From: Balanoglossus misakiensis | Lineage: Eukaryota > Animalia > Hemichordata | NCBI GenBank assembly: GCA_040954595.2 | Contig: JBECUI020000032.1 | Coordinates: 62,001 to 126,000, forward strand | DNA length: 64,000 nucleotides | Direction: 5' to 3' | In this document: piece after piece, positions 21,273-30,439 of the stretch | Position numbering within the stretch: position 1 is the first letter of the stretch | Layout: each line of letters starts with the position of its first letter | Notes under the pieces: generated by a model | The model's database searches: none | What the model was told of the DNA's origin: nothing | The model's input: only the letters and a program-made list of their open reading frames with translations | Translations under genes and position numbers: made by a program

Positions 21273-22178
21273 TTACCAACCCCGGTCGGCGAGGCGCTTA
21301 TCCTTGGGAAGTTCAGCCATACCAATACCCGTCATTGCCTCCCCTAAACCCTCACTGATCAAGGCAAGCTTTTCTGGATCCTGGTAGTGGGTTACCGCCT
21401 CTACAATGGCTTTGGCTCTTTTGGCAGGATTGCCGGACTTAAAAATCCCCGATCCAACAAAAACACTCTCGGCACCCAACTGCATCATCAAGGCTGCATC
21501 GGCAGGAATCGCCACTCCTCCCGCAGAGAAATTAGGTACGGGCAGCTTCCCGGTACGGGCCACTTCTTGCACCAAGTCAAAGGGAGCTCCCAAATCCTTG
21601 GCGGCACCCATTAACTGACTATGGGGCATGGCAGCCAATTCCCTAAGGCCATCCATGAGAGTGCGCATATGCCTCACTGCCTCCAGAACGTCCCCGGTCC
21701 CAGCTTCTCCCTTGGTACGGATCATCACGGCACCTTCTCCGATACGGCGAAGCGCCTCTCCCAGATTGCGGCAACCGCAGACGAAGGGTACCTTGAAATT
21801 CACTTTGTCCACGTGGAATCTGTCATCCGCCGGGGAGAGCACCTCACTTTCGTCAATGAAGTCCACCCCCAGAGCTTCGAGAACTTGAGCCTCTACAAAG
21901 TGACCGATGCGGCATTTGGCCATCACAGGGATGCTGACTACCTTTTGTATCCCCTTGATCATACCAGGGTCCGACATCCGCGATACCCCTCCGGCAGCAC
22001 GAATATCTGCTGGAACCCTTTCAAGGGCCATTACAGCAGCCGCTCCAGCATCTTCGGCTATTTTGGCATGTTCAGGGGTGACCACATCCATGATCACTCC
22101 TCCTTTTAACATTTCTGCCAGCCCAAGTTTAATGCGCCAGGCAGCACTTTGCCGTTCAACCCAACTTTCTTTTTCCAT
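21273..22178 (-). CDS. pdxS: Pyridoxal 5'-phosphate synthase lyase subunit
   Basis: [52 protein letters not shown]. Confidence 0.98.
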   Translation of the reverse strand: MEKESWVERQSAAWRIKLGLAEMLKGGVIMDVVTPEHAKIAEDAGAAAVMALERVPADIRAAGGVSRMSDPGMIKGIQKVVSIPVMAKCRIGHFVEAQVLEALGVDFIDESEVLSPADDRFHVDKVNFKVPFVCGCRNLGEALRRIGEGAVMIRTKGEAGTGDVLEAVRHMRTLMDGLRELAAMPHSQLMGAAKDLGAPFDLVQEVARTGKLPVPNFSAGGVAIPADAALMMQLGAESVFVGSGIFKSGNPAKRAKAIVEAVTHYQDPEKLALISEGLGEAMTGIGMAELPKDKRLADRGW

Positions 22179-22543
22179 TCATGAGACTCCTCGAATTACC
22201 CGAAGATGTAGAAACATCTCCATAAACTGTTTGGGATACGCAGGAAATCCTAAGTCTCCTCATACCTCAAAAAACTTAATGGCGTACCGTTCTCCGTACC
22301 CCCACCTTCTACTCCACTGCCACCGAAGCATCAGACATTTAAAGCCGTAGACTGCCAGCGTCAAAGGTCCAGGCTTCGGGCCAACAAAACTCTCAATCAG
22401 CACAGAGCCCCTACCATTATGAAGGCCTCAGCGAAGAAACATCTTATGTTACTCCCTTAAAGAAGACAACTCCTCACGACCCAAAATCAATAAAAAAACA
22501 GTTTATTTTGAGAACAATCAGAATGTGGAGGAAGCCGATCGAG

Positions 22544-22572
22544 TTGACTATTTACCTTCCTAAGTCTATAAC
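22544..22572 (+). promoter_or_regulatory. Sigma70-type promoter for gcvH
   Basis: TTGACT-N17-TATAAC about 160 nt upstream of the start. Confidence 0.55.
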
Positions 22573-22734
22573 CATCGACATGAGAGTAGGCTGCCCCCCC
22601 TTAGCAATTGAAAATCTTGAAAGCTCTTGTCGATGCTCATTAATAGATAAAAAGAATGTCCAGAAAACATTGATGCATGGAGAAAGTCTTAAGGGAACAT
22701 CATATCCCAATCTACTTACAATAAGGAAGTTGTG

Positions 22735-23118
22735 ATGCAAGATGACTTTAAATACACTAAATCTCATGAATGGCTCCGGTTAGATAACAGCAAGGCCATG
22801 ATCGGAATTACCGAATATGCCCAGGATGCCCTGGGAGATATTGTCTATGTGGAACTGCCCACCGTAGGCCAGAAGATTAACAAAGGTGATGAGGTGGTGA
22901 ATGTTGAGTCGGTAAAGGTGGCCGAGGCGATCTATGCTCCTGTTTCTGGAACCATAGTGGAAGTGAACAAAGTTCTTGTCGATGCACCAGAGACCATCAA
23001 TAAAGATCCTTACGGAGCTTTTATCTTCGTTATGGATCTCACAGATCCTTCGGAACTGGAAGAACTCCTGGATGCTGAGAGTTACGCAGCCCTCCTGGGC
23101 ACCCCGGAACAGGAATGA
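22735..23118 (+). CDS. gcvH: Glycine cleavage system H protein
   Basis: YTKSHEW, GITEYAQDALGDIVYVELP, VESVK (lipoyl Lys), YAPVSG, INKDPYG. Confidence 0.96.
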   Translation: MQDDFKYTKSHEWLRLDNSKAMIGITEYAQDALGDIVYVELPTVGQKINKGDEVVNVESVKVAEAIYAPVSGTIVEVNKVLVDAPETINKDPYGAFIFVMDLTDPSELEELLDAESYAALLGTPEQE

Positions 23119-23305
23119 TTTTTACCTGCTAAGACAAAGTTCATCCTAAAGACAAGTCCTTCCCGCAACATGGCTTCAGTATCCAGAAACCAAGGCCCCG
23201 ATTAGGAAATTACTGCCAGGGGGGCTTCTTTTTCCGTTGCTTTGTAGCCTCCTATCTCTTGAAAAACCCAAAAAGCGTACTGCAAGGAATAATGAGCGAT
23301 ACTGC

Positions 23306-24301
23306 TTAAGACAGGGCCGGATGAACCCAATTCCCGGTTTTTTCCGATGCAAAAAGAGCATCGAGTACCTTCATATTCTCAAGAGCATCGGAGGGTGGTA
23401 TGGGAGGGGGACCTCCTTCCCGAACTGCCTGGGCAAAGGACTCCAGCATAAGGGCATACTGATCTTGGGGGTCGGTCCAGATTTCCCGCCGTCCCACACT
23501 GTTTTCCACCACTATTTTCAAAGGCACATCAGGATAGGCATTAAAGGGCAGGGGTATGCTGAGGCTTCCCCCGGTACCCACAACCCTAACCTCTTGCCTG
23601 GAGAAGCTGTTTGTGGAAACCGTGAAGGTACTCTGCGCCTCGCCAAAATCCAGAATTCCGGAACTTAAGGTGTCGGTTCCAAACTCAGGATCCCTCTTTA
23701 ACAGACTCAGTACCCTCAGAGGCTCCCTCCCCATCAAAAAACGGGCCAAAGAAACCGCATAACATCCAATGTCCAGAAGACCGCCGCCACCATAGGCCAA
23801 TATGTTTCGAATGTTCCTGGGGTCTTGATTGTTGTAGCAGAAAACGGTCTGAATAATTTTAATTTTCCCAATTTCTCCGGCGGCAACAAGCTCCTGGGCC
23901 CGGTGCCACTGGGGATGAAAACGGTACATAAAGGCTTCCATGAGTAAGACAGCGCGGGAAGCGGCATATTCGATAGCTTCTGCGGCCTCTTTTGCGTTTA
24001 AGGCCAGAGGCTTTTCGCAAATCACTGCCTTCCCCGCATCAATAGATTTTTTTATCCATGGGACATGAAGATGATTGGGCAGGGGAATGTAGACCGCTTC
24101 TATTTCCGGATCGTCCAAGAGTTCCTGGTAAGAACCATAGGCCCGGTCGTAGCCCCAGGTCTTTGCTGCCTCGATTCCCCGCTCAAGACTACGGGAAGCC
24201 AAAGCCCCCAATATTAGTTTAGGAGACGATTTTAAGGGTATCTGTAAGCGCAGACGGTAGTGATTAGACAGACCCAAAACACCAAGTTTTAATGGTTTCA
24301 T
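23306..24301 (-). CDS. Gfo/Idh/MocA oxidoreductase
   Basis: YIPLPNHLH, CEKPL, MEAFMYRFHPQW, GGGGLLDIGCY. Confidence 0.93.
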   Translation of the reverse strand: MKPLKLGVLGLSNHYRLRLQIPLKSSPKLILGALASRSLERGIEAAKTWGYDRAYGSYQELLDDPEIEAVYIPLPNHLHVPWIKKSIDAGKAVICEKPLALNAKEAAEAIEYAASRAVLLMEAFMYRFHPQWHRAQELVAAGEIGKIKIIQTVFCYNNQDPRNIRNILAYGGGGLLDIGCYAVSLARFLMGREPLRVLSLLKRDPEFGTDTLSSGILDFGEAQSTFTVSTNSFSRQEVRVVGTGGSLSIPLPFNAYPDVPLKIVVENSVGRREIWTDPQDQYALMLESFAQAVREGGPPPIPPSDALENMKVLDALFASEKTGNWVHPALS

Positions 24302-24427
24302 AAGCGTATTCCTTAAATTATTGAGTGTTTTTCTCAATCTTAGCAGATTGAAAAGCTAAAACATAGTCCCCTGACTTGGACAAGAAAAATCAATCCATAA
24401 GGTCAGAAGTTTCTGAACCAGAATATC

Positions 24428-25978
24428 CTAGCTGAAAAGAGGGAGCTCTATTACCAGAGCATTGCCTCCCAGAGAGGGAGAATCTTTAATGAAGATTTTT
24501 CCTTGATGGTCCACGATGATGCGATAGCAAATGGCCAGACCAAGTCCACTACCCCCAGTAGATCGACTCCGAGAAGAATCCAGACGATAAAAACGCTGGA
24601 ACACACGTTCCCTTTCTTTAGGAGGTATTCCCGGACCATCATCTTCTACGACAATGCGAACAACAGTTTTCGAGGATCCCTTTACGATCTTTTGGGCACT
24701 GAGCTGGATACGAGTTCCTGCATAACGGATGGCATTGTTCAAAACATTAGTAATAACCTGTATCAGTTTTCCCTCATCACCTAAAATGTCTGGGATCTTG
24801 GGCGATACATTATAGGTAACGGTAAGCTTCCTGCGGTCCCATTCCGGTCGTACCGCCTCTACTGTACCCTTTAAAAGGGGGAGAACAGGGACTGGGCCCC
24901 GGGATACTCCTGTCTTGGAGGCCTCCAGATCGGCCAAAGTTCGCAGTTCTTCCCCAAGTGGATTAGGCGATGAGTTTCTGCTGCCAGGGAAGAAAGCCCT
25001 TTCTTGTCCAGAGGATAAACTCCTTCTTCCATCATTTCAATTCTTGCCCGGATTAGACTTATGGGAGTCCGTAATTCATGAGCTGTATCGGCAATGAGCT
25101 GTCTACGCTGAGCTTCGGCTTCTTCCAGGGAATTAGCCATGCTATTAAACCCCCTGCCCAGTTCTCCCAACTCGTCTTTCCGAGTACCTGAAACTCTGAC
25201 AGTCAAATCTCCACGTCCCACTTCCTCTGTCGCTGACAGCAAAAGTTTGACAGGTCCGACAATATGACCTGAAAGAACCTCGCCCAAAAAGAAAGACACC
25301 AGAAAAATCAGTAAGGAGACAATCACTATCTCTCTAGAGACTGCACGAAGAAAAGAATGTTCTCCAGGGGGTTGGGTTTCACCTGGGATCATACTGCCAA
25401 CGTAAAGGTAGCCTGTAATCTCTTCTTCCTTGAAGATGGGAATGCCCTGTGAGTTTTGATCCTGAACGATTCTTGACTTCTTATAATTTGCCGTATCCAG
25501 AAGCACCCAGCCTTCGGGTCTGTTAAAACCAACTGTTCATTAAGGTCCAGTCTTTCATTATCAACAAACCTGCTCCGCCTCATCCCATCACTGGCGGACC
25601 AGGGGAAGCGTCTCATGCCATACTCTTCGTACTCTTCGTACTCTTCGTACTCTTCGTAATCTTCGTACTTTTTGTATTCTTCGTCGTCATCGTCATCGTT
25701 GAGCCATTGAAACCTTCCATTCTCTCTGACTTCGGCATCACTACCTTGAAGAAGTCTACGAGGGGGTGGAAGAAAGTCGTTCCCTGAGGACATATCAATC
25801 CCCAGCCCAGTCTGTGAGCCAGAAGAGGAGCCAGAGTGCGAGCCCTCCCGGCATCCCTAGCCTGTTCAAAAGCTACAAAACGAGTTTCAAGAATCCTAAC
25901 ATAAAGAGCAACAGAAGATGCTAGGGATAAAAGGACTATCACAGAGAAGGCACCCAGAATCTTCGTTTTTAAGTTCAT
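24428..25978 (-). CDS. BaeS-like sensor histidine kinase (TM-sensor loop-TM-HAMP-HisKA-HATPase), frameshifted
   Basis: Four frames joined: N-terminal TM, acidic repeat loop, second TM, DELGELGRGFNSMA (HAMP), IADTAHELRTP (H box), NVLNNAIRY, EDDGPGIP, GSGLGLAI. Confidence 0.9.
25621..25700. repeat. 9-bp tandem repeat in the kinase sensor loop
   Basis: TACTCTTCG x4 perfect plus 3 imperfect units; encodes DDDDDEEYKKYEDYEEYEEYEEYEEY on the minus strand. Confidence 0.9.
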
Positions 25979-26686
25979 GGTGAGGTTTTAGGGTTACTAT
26001 CGGAAAGCCGATAGCCCACCCCCCTCACCGTCTCAATATACTGAGGATGATCCCTGTTGGGTTCAAGGGCCTTGCGGATATTTTTCATATGGACGTCAAT
26101 GCTCCTGTCGTAGCCTTCCCATACCTGCTCTGGAAAAAACCCTGAATCTCCCGACGACTGAAACCCTTCCTGGAGCACGCATGAGCCCGTGAAGAATATC
26201 GAACTGAACCTGAGTAAGATTGATATTTTCATCTCTTCGTTTTACCAGACGTCTTTCGGTATCCAGTTCCAGATCACCAACCTGCAAAAAAGTTTTTTCA
26301 ATGTCAGGTTTTTTTTCCTTCTCTTCAAAAGTCCGACGAGACACAGCCCGTATTCTTGCAGTCAATTCTTTTATACTGAAAGGCTTGGTAATGTAGTCAT
26401 CAGCCCCGATTTCCAATCCTATCAGCATATCCGACTCCTCGGCCCTGGCAGTCAAGAGTATAATGGGGACTTTAGAGTTCTCACGAATTCGGCGCATCAC
26501 ATCAAGACCATCTAGATCAGGGATCATAATATCAAGAACAACGAAATCGAAATCTCCTTCTGACCGGAAAATCTCCAAAGCGGCTGTGCCGCTTTCAGCT
26601 CCCATAGTCTCCCAACCGATGGTTTTCAGGTAGTCCTGAATCATTCTATTCAGTTCTTTTTCATCTTCGACGACTAAAATTTTCAT
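25975..26686 (-). CDS. OmpR/BaeR family response regulator, frameshift near 26150
   Basis: ILVVEDE, VLDIMIP, GADDYITKPFS, then YDRSIDVHMKNIRKALE...IETVRGVGY (winged helix); 4-nt overlap with the kinase. Confidence 0.93.
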
Positions 26687-27134
26687 CTGTCATTCCTTAT
26701 TCCAAGCCTAAGTTCGTCAGATATTGTCTCTTGCTTATCATGCAATAATACACGAAAAACACTCTCGTGACAAAGCAGTTCAGCCACTGTCAATGCTAAT
26801 AGCCAGAAACATGGAGTTGCCGATCCAAAACGGAGGGGGGAAGGTTTTAGTTTCGACTCCCTCCAGATAGAGAATCAAAGCATAGGCTTTCTCTCACAAT
26901 AAAAATTTTTTTCAATCACCCATTAACTACCTTGTTTTTTACAATCATCGTTCAAACATTTTCTGTCAGGATACTACCCTTTCTCTAAAATAGCTTCTGG
27001 CCGCTTTTCCTATCCTGACAATTTCTTATGAGAGGCCATGTCCAATCTCATGGCTTCTTCCGGATATGTGTATAGGAAAAAAACGTCTTTTTCTTTATCT
27101 ACCCCCTTTTAATACCTAACACAATCAGCTGGTT

Positions 27135-27347
27135 TCAGTCTTTCAAACCAGGAAACAAAACAAAGGAAATAATTCTGCTGCTACGACCAGGGATATGGAG
27201 ACCTTCCTGGGAAGAACAATTATTCATTCTGGAGGAGAGAATTTCTCTCCTTTTTCCGGATAGACTTCCCATAGAAGAATCACCATCGTACATATAATCG
27301 TTAATATTTTCAAAAAAATCATAGCAATAATATTCTTTATTGTCCAT
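27135..27347 (-). CDS. Small protein with an acidic Tyr/Asp-rich N-terminus
   Basis: GGAGG RBS 8 nt before ATG; MDNKEYYCYDFFENINDYMYDGD... Confidence 0.45.
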   Translation of the reverse strand: MDNKEYYCYDFFENINDYMYDGDSSMGSLSGKRREILSSRMNNCSSQEGLHIPGRSSRIISFVLFPGLKD

Positions 27348-27507
27348 CTTCATAACCTCCAATACTTTGAAATTCCTTAGTACTTTTTACAAGTTTTCTA
27401 AGGACGCATCGGAAAATAAAAGGAAATGATTAACAATAGAAATTAAGCAAAATAACGACGATAACATCAGATGAAACTCCCTAAACCAGGGTAAGCCAAC
27501 TTTATTT

Positions 27508-27600
27508 TCAATAACATTTCCATGAGACTTTTTTCTTGTTATTGTAAAAGTCATCGTAGTCCTCAAAATCATCATCATAAGTACTCTGCTTCACATTCAC
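27508..27600 (-). CDS. 30-aa acidic Tyr/Asp-rich peptide
   Basis: Not in track. GGAGG RBS 6 nt before GTG; MNVKQSTYDDDFEDYDDFYNNKKKVSWKCY. Confidence 0.45.
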   Translation of the reverse strand: MNVKQSTYDDDFEDYDDFYNNKKKVSWKCY

Positions 27601-28320
27601 TTAAATCCTCCAAAACCATCTGTACTTAGTTTGCTGTACCATCATAAATCTTTCGTGAAAAGAAAAATAAAAAAATGATGAATATTTGGTTTGGGAATTT
27701 CGAAAATGGTGCATGAACAACTAGACAGGAGTTCTTACGAAAAGCATAAAGTATTGTTGCGTTCATGAACTACAAAGATAACTCAGACACTTTCTTCAGA
27801 ACTATATCACCCAAAAACCTCTCCGCCAAGACTACCTTACACCATGATAAAGTATTGTTCCGAAACAGAAAAAATATTGAGTTCTTTTATCCGATATTCT
27901 ATAATACATTAGCTTTTCAAACGAAGTATTTTAACACTATGATTATTTATACCGAACAAGTTGGTTTTTCTCTTGTAAGTTCCTCCATAAACGCATAAGC
28001 CTTCCTAGCACTTTCCCTGGATAGGTCCTGTAACTCACGATTCATAATTCTGCTTAGCCCTGCTTATCCTTAAGGTGATTCGACTTGATTTAAACAGATA
28101 TTAAACCGTAATAATGCGCATACAGGATAGACGAGCGCCGGGAATTGATAAACAATTCTAGAACGTCATGTCCCGAACCTGTACTGACCAGAGGTTCTGC
28201 AATACCTAAGCAGAAAAATCCGTTGGCATAGTCAAAGTCAACCCACATAACTCCATTGTAAATTATGGGAAAATTTAAGGATGGCTGATTGACCACAGGG
28301 CAGAACTCTCAAGATTCAAC

Positions 28321-28356
28321 AACGGTGGTGCCTGCCTCCCCGCAAACACCATCGTT
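28321..28356 (-). terminator. Conserved 3' hairpin downstream of paralog A
   Basis: Minus-strand AACGAUGGUGUUUGC-GGGGAG-GCAGGCACCACCGUU; inner stem relies on G-U pairs available only on this strand; weak U-tract. Confidence 0.5.
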
Positions 28357-28539
28357 ATTCCCACAGTATTCCGAATGTTCAGACAAGAATAATTAAGAAA
28401 AGTCACACAGGTCCACACACATCGTCTAGCAACACACGCCTTGACCGGCTATGACTAATCCCACCAAGCATCAAAGCCCTTGCCAACTTGGCGAGCCACA
28501 CTTGTACCGAGAGCTACGCCCCGGCAAGGATTCCCATCC

Positions 28540-29148
28540 CTACCAATTACGGAAACTCCTATTGAAATAAGGATCGCGACGGCCTCGCTCACCACGATAG
28601 AAATCTCGCTCACCACGATAGAAATCTCGCCCACCACGATAGAAATCTCGCCCACCACGATAGAAATCTCGCCCACCACGATAGAAATCTCGGCCACCAC
28701 GATAAAAATCTCGGCCATCCCGATAGCCGTCGTAACCGCCATAGCCGTCGTAACCGCCGTAGAAACAGGCCCGCCAGAGAAATGGCAGAATTAAGAGCTT
28801 TGCCGTCGGCTTCTCCGCTGAGAACCAACAGCTCTTGGGAGTTGCTTCCCCAGAAACCGACACGGCTTGGACGTTCTACTGCCCTTACCTTCATAGAAGA
28901 ACCATCAGCAGGATATTCCACCAAGGGAAACATTCTTAGATAATAAGAACCCGAAGCTGTTTCCAAACCGGAGGCATCCCTACCTGAAGGGAGAGAACCC
29001 CTTCATATACCTGGGCATTGGCTTCAATCTCCTCCCATTGAGCGTAGCCGAGACCTCTGTAGTCGTCATAACCCCAGTTGTAAGCAAAGATGGTCCCCCC
29101 TAAAAGAGCAGATAGCACCAAAACCATTCCTAACTTTTTGCTATTCAT
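28540..29148 (-). CDS. Exported protein, paralog A, with Arg-rich (RDFYRGG)n tail; 2 frameshifts
   Basis: GGAGG RBS; signal peptide MNSKKLGMVLVLSALLGGTIFA; core VYEGVLSL...LETASGSYYLRMFPL...DGSSMKV...LLVLSGEADGK; ends ...RDPYFNRSFRNW. Confidence 0.75.
28584..28760. repeat. 21-bp tandem repeat (6 units) followed by 18-bp units
   Basis: CTCG(C/G)(T/C)CACCACGATAGAAAT x6 from 28584, then CGTAACCGCCATAGCCGT-type units; encodes (G/E)RDFYRG and GGYDGY. Confidence 0.95.
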
Positions 29149-29187
29149 ATGCACCTCCACAACAATTTTCAATTTCGATCCCGCACC

Positions 29188-29225
29188 TTTATAATGTCTC
29201 ATTTTCATATGAATGATTTATGAAT
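29188..29225 (-). promoter_or_regulatory. Putative OmpR-family direct-repeat box and -10 of paralog A
   Basis: Plus-strand TATGAAT at 29208 and 29219 (11-bp period); on the minus strand 14 nt upstream of TATAAA. Confidence 0.5.
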
Positions 29226-29420
29226 TTATTGTAGAAAAAGAAAGAATGTAAACTTTATTGAGGTAGAACTTCTCGCCCACTATAAAACGCTCTTTATTGG
29301 AGATTCCAGATGCCTATAAGTTTTGTCGCCCTGATATCCCAAAAACACCCCTGTGCTGCACAAAACATCAATGATCTTCTTAAGCCTATTACCCTACTGG
29401 AAAAATTACTGAAAATTTAC

Positions 29421-29456
29421 AACGATGGTGCCTGCCTCCCCGCAAACACCATCGTT
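29421..29456 (-). terminator. Conserved 3' hairpin downstream of paralog B
   Basis: Identical to 28321-28356 except one base; perfect outer stem. Confidence 0.5.
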
Positions 29457-29656
29457 ATTTCCAAAATATTCTGAATGTTCAGTCAAGAAATCATTATGAG
29501 GCAAATCCCACAGGTCCACGCACATCGCTTACCAATACAAGCTTTGACCGGCTATGACTAATCCACCAAGCATCCAAAGCTTTGCCAGCTTGGTGAGAGC
29601 ACCCCGATACCGGGGTACAGCTCACCATTGACATCGACAGATAAGGATTCCCACCC

Positions 29657-30272
29657 CTACCAATTACGGTAATTCCTATTGAATAAGGACTGCGATTCCC
29701 ACCGCGACGACCGTCTCGATAGCCATCATATCTGCCACCATAGCCATCGTAGCCACCATAGCCATCGTAGCCACCATAGCCATCGTAGTCACCATAGCCA
29801 TCGTAGCCATCGTAGCCACCATAGCCACCGTAGTCACCATAACCATCGTAGCCACCATAGCCATCGTAGTCACCATAACCACCGTAGTAGCCAGCCGGAG
29901 ATGTTGCAGGTGCAAGAACCTTTCCATCAACTTCTCCACTAAATACCAACAGTGTTTTGTTGCTGGTGTTCCAGGAACCCAAACGCCTGGGAATTTCCGC
30001 TGCCGTTACCTTCATAGAAGAACCATCAGCAGGATATTTCCGCCAAGGGAAACATTCTTAGATAATAAGAACCCGAAGCTGTCTCCAAAACCGGCGGCAT
30101 ACCTAACTGAAAAGATAATACTCCTTCGTATACTTGGGCACTGGCTTTCAGTCTCTGCTGTCGAGCATAGCCAAAATCGTTATCGTTGTCATAAATCCCA
30201 ATTTTGGCCAAAAACCATCCCTCCTAAAAGGACAGATAATACCAACACTATTCCTAACTTTTTGCTATTCAT
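29657..30272 (-). CDS. Exported protein, paralog B, with acidic (GGYDGY)n tail; frameshifted
   Basis: GGAGG RBS; MNSKKLGIVLVLSVLLGGMVFG; same core as paralog A; ends ...SPY(F)NRNYRNW after restoring one T. Confidence 0.75.
29715..29890. repeat. 9/18-bp tandem repeat
   Basis: G(C/T)CACCATA-GCCATCGTA units encoding GGY/GDY/DGY. Confidence 0.92.
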
Positions 30273-30332
30273 ATAGCCCTCCACAATAAATTTTTTCCTC
30301 AATGTCTCAACTTTCTCTTAATTTCTCTTCTG

Positions 30333-30370
30333 CATATAATTTGCCCTATCCATATAAATGGCTTATGAGT
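30333..30370 (-). promoter_or_regulatory. Putative OmpR-family direct-repeat box and -10 of paralog B
   Basis: Plus-strand TATAAAT at 30353 and TATGAGT at 30364 (11-bp period); same 14-nt spacing to a TATATG -10-like hexamer. Confidence 0.4.
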
Positions 30371-30439
30371 TTGGTATAGAAAAAAGAAGAATTTTATCTT
30401 TATTGACTTAGAACTTGCCATCGCTATAAAATGCTTTTT

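Noticed and set aside
22573-22735. Canonical glycine riboswitch before gcvH
   Set aside because: The GGAGA / CCGAAG / CUCUCAGG core is not present; kept only as an unassigned hairpin
27730-28300. ORFs 27765-27998 and 28090-28296 and a repeated ATAAAGTATTGTT word (about 27746 and 27847)
   Set aside because: No recognisable motifs, many stops in neighbouring frames, AT-rich context; possibly a decayed gene but not supportable
28584-28730. Regular 21-bp repeats as a CRISPR array
   Set aside because: Head-to-tail units with no unique spacers, unit length a multiple of 3 inside a CDS, and no cas genes
28455-28794. Alternative ORFs such as (VGEISIV)n and (TTIEISP)n
   Set aside because: Shadow frames of the repeat; only the RDFYRG frame connects to the paralog-conserved C-terminus
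29676-29942. His-rich (HHSHRS)n and (MVAT)n ORFs as metal-binding proteins
   Set aside because: Antisense or shifted readings of the GGYDGY repeat with no clear RBS
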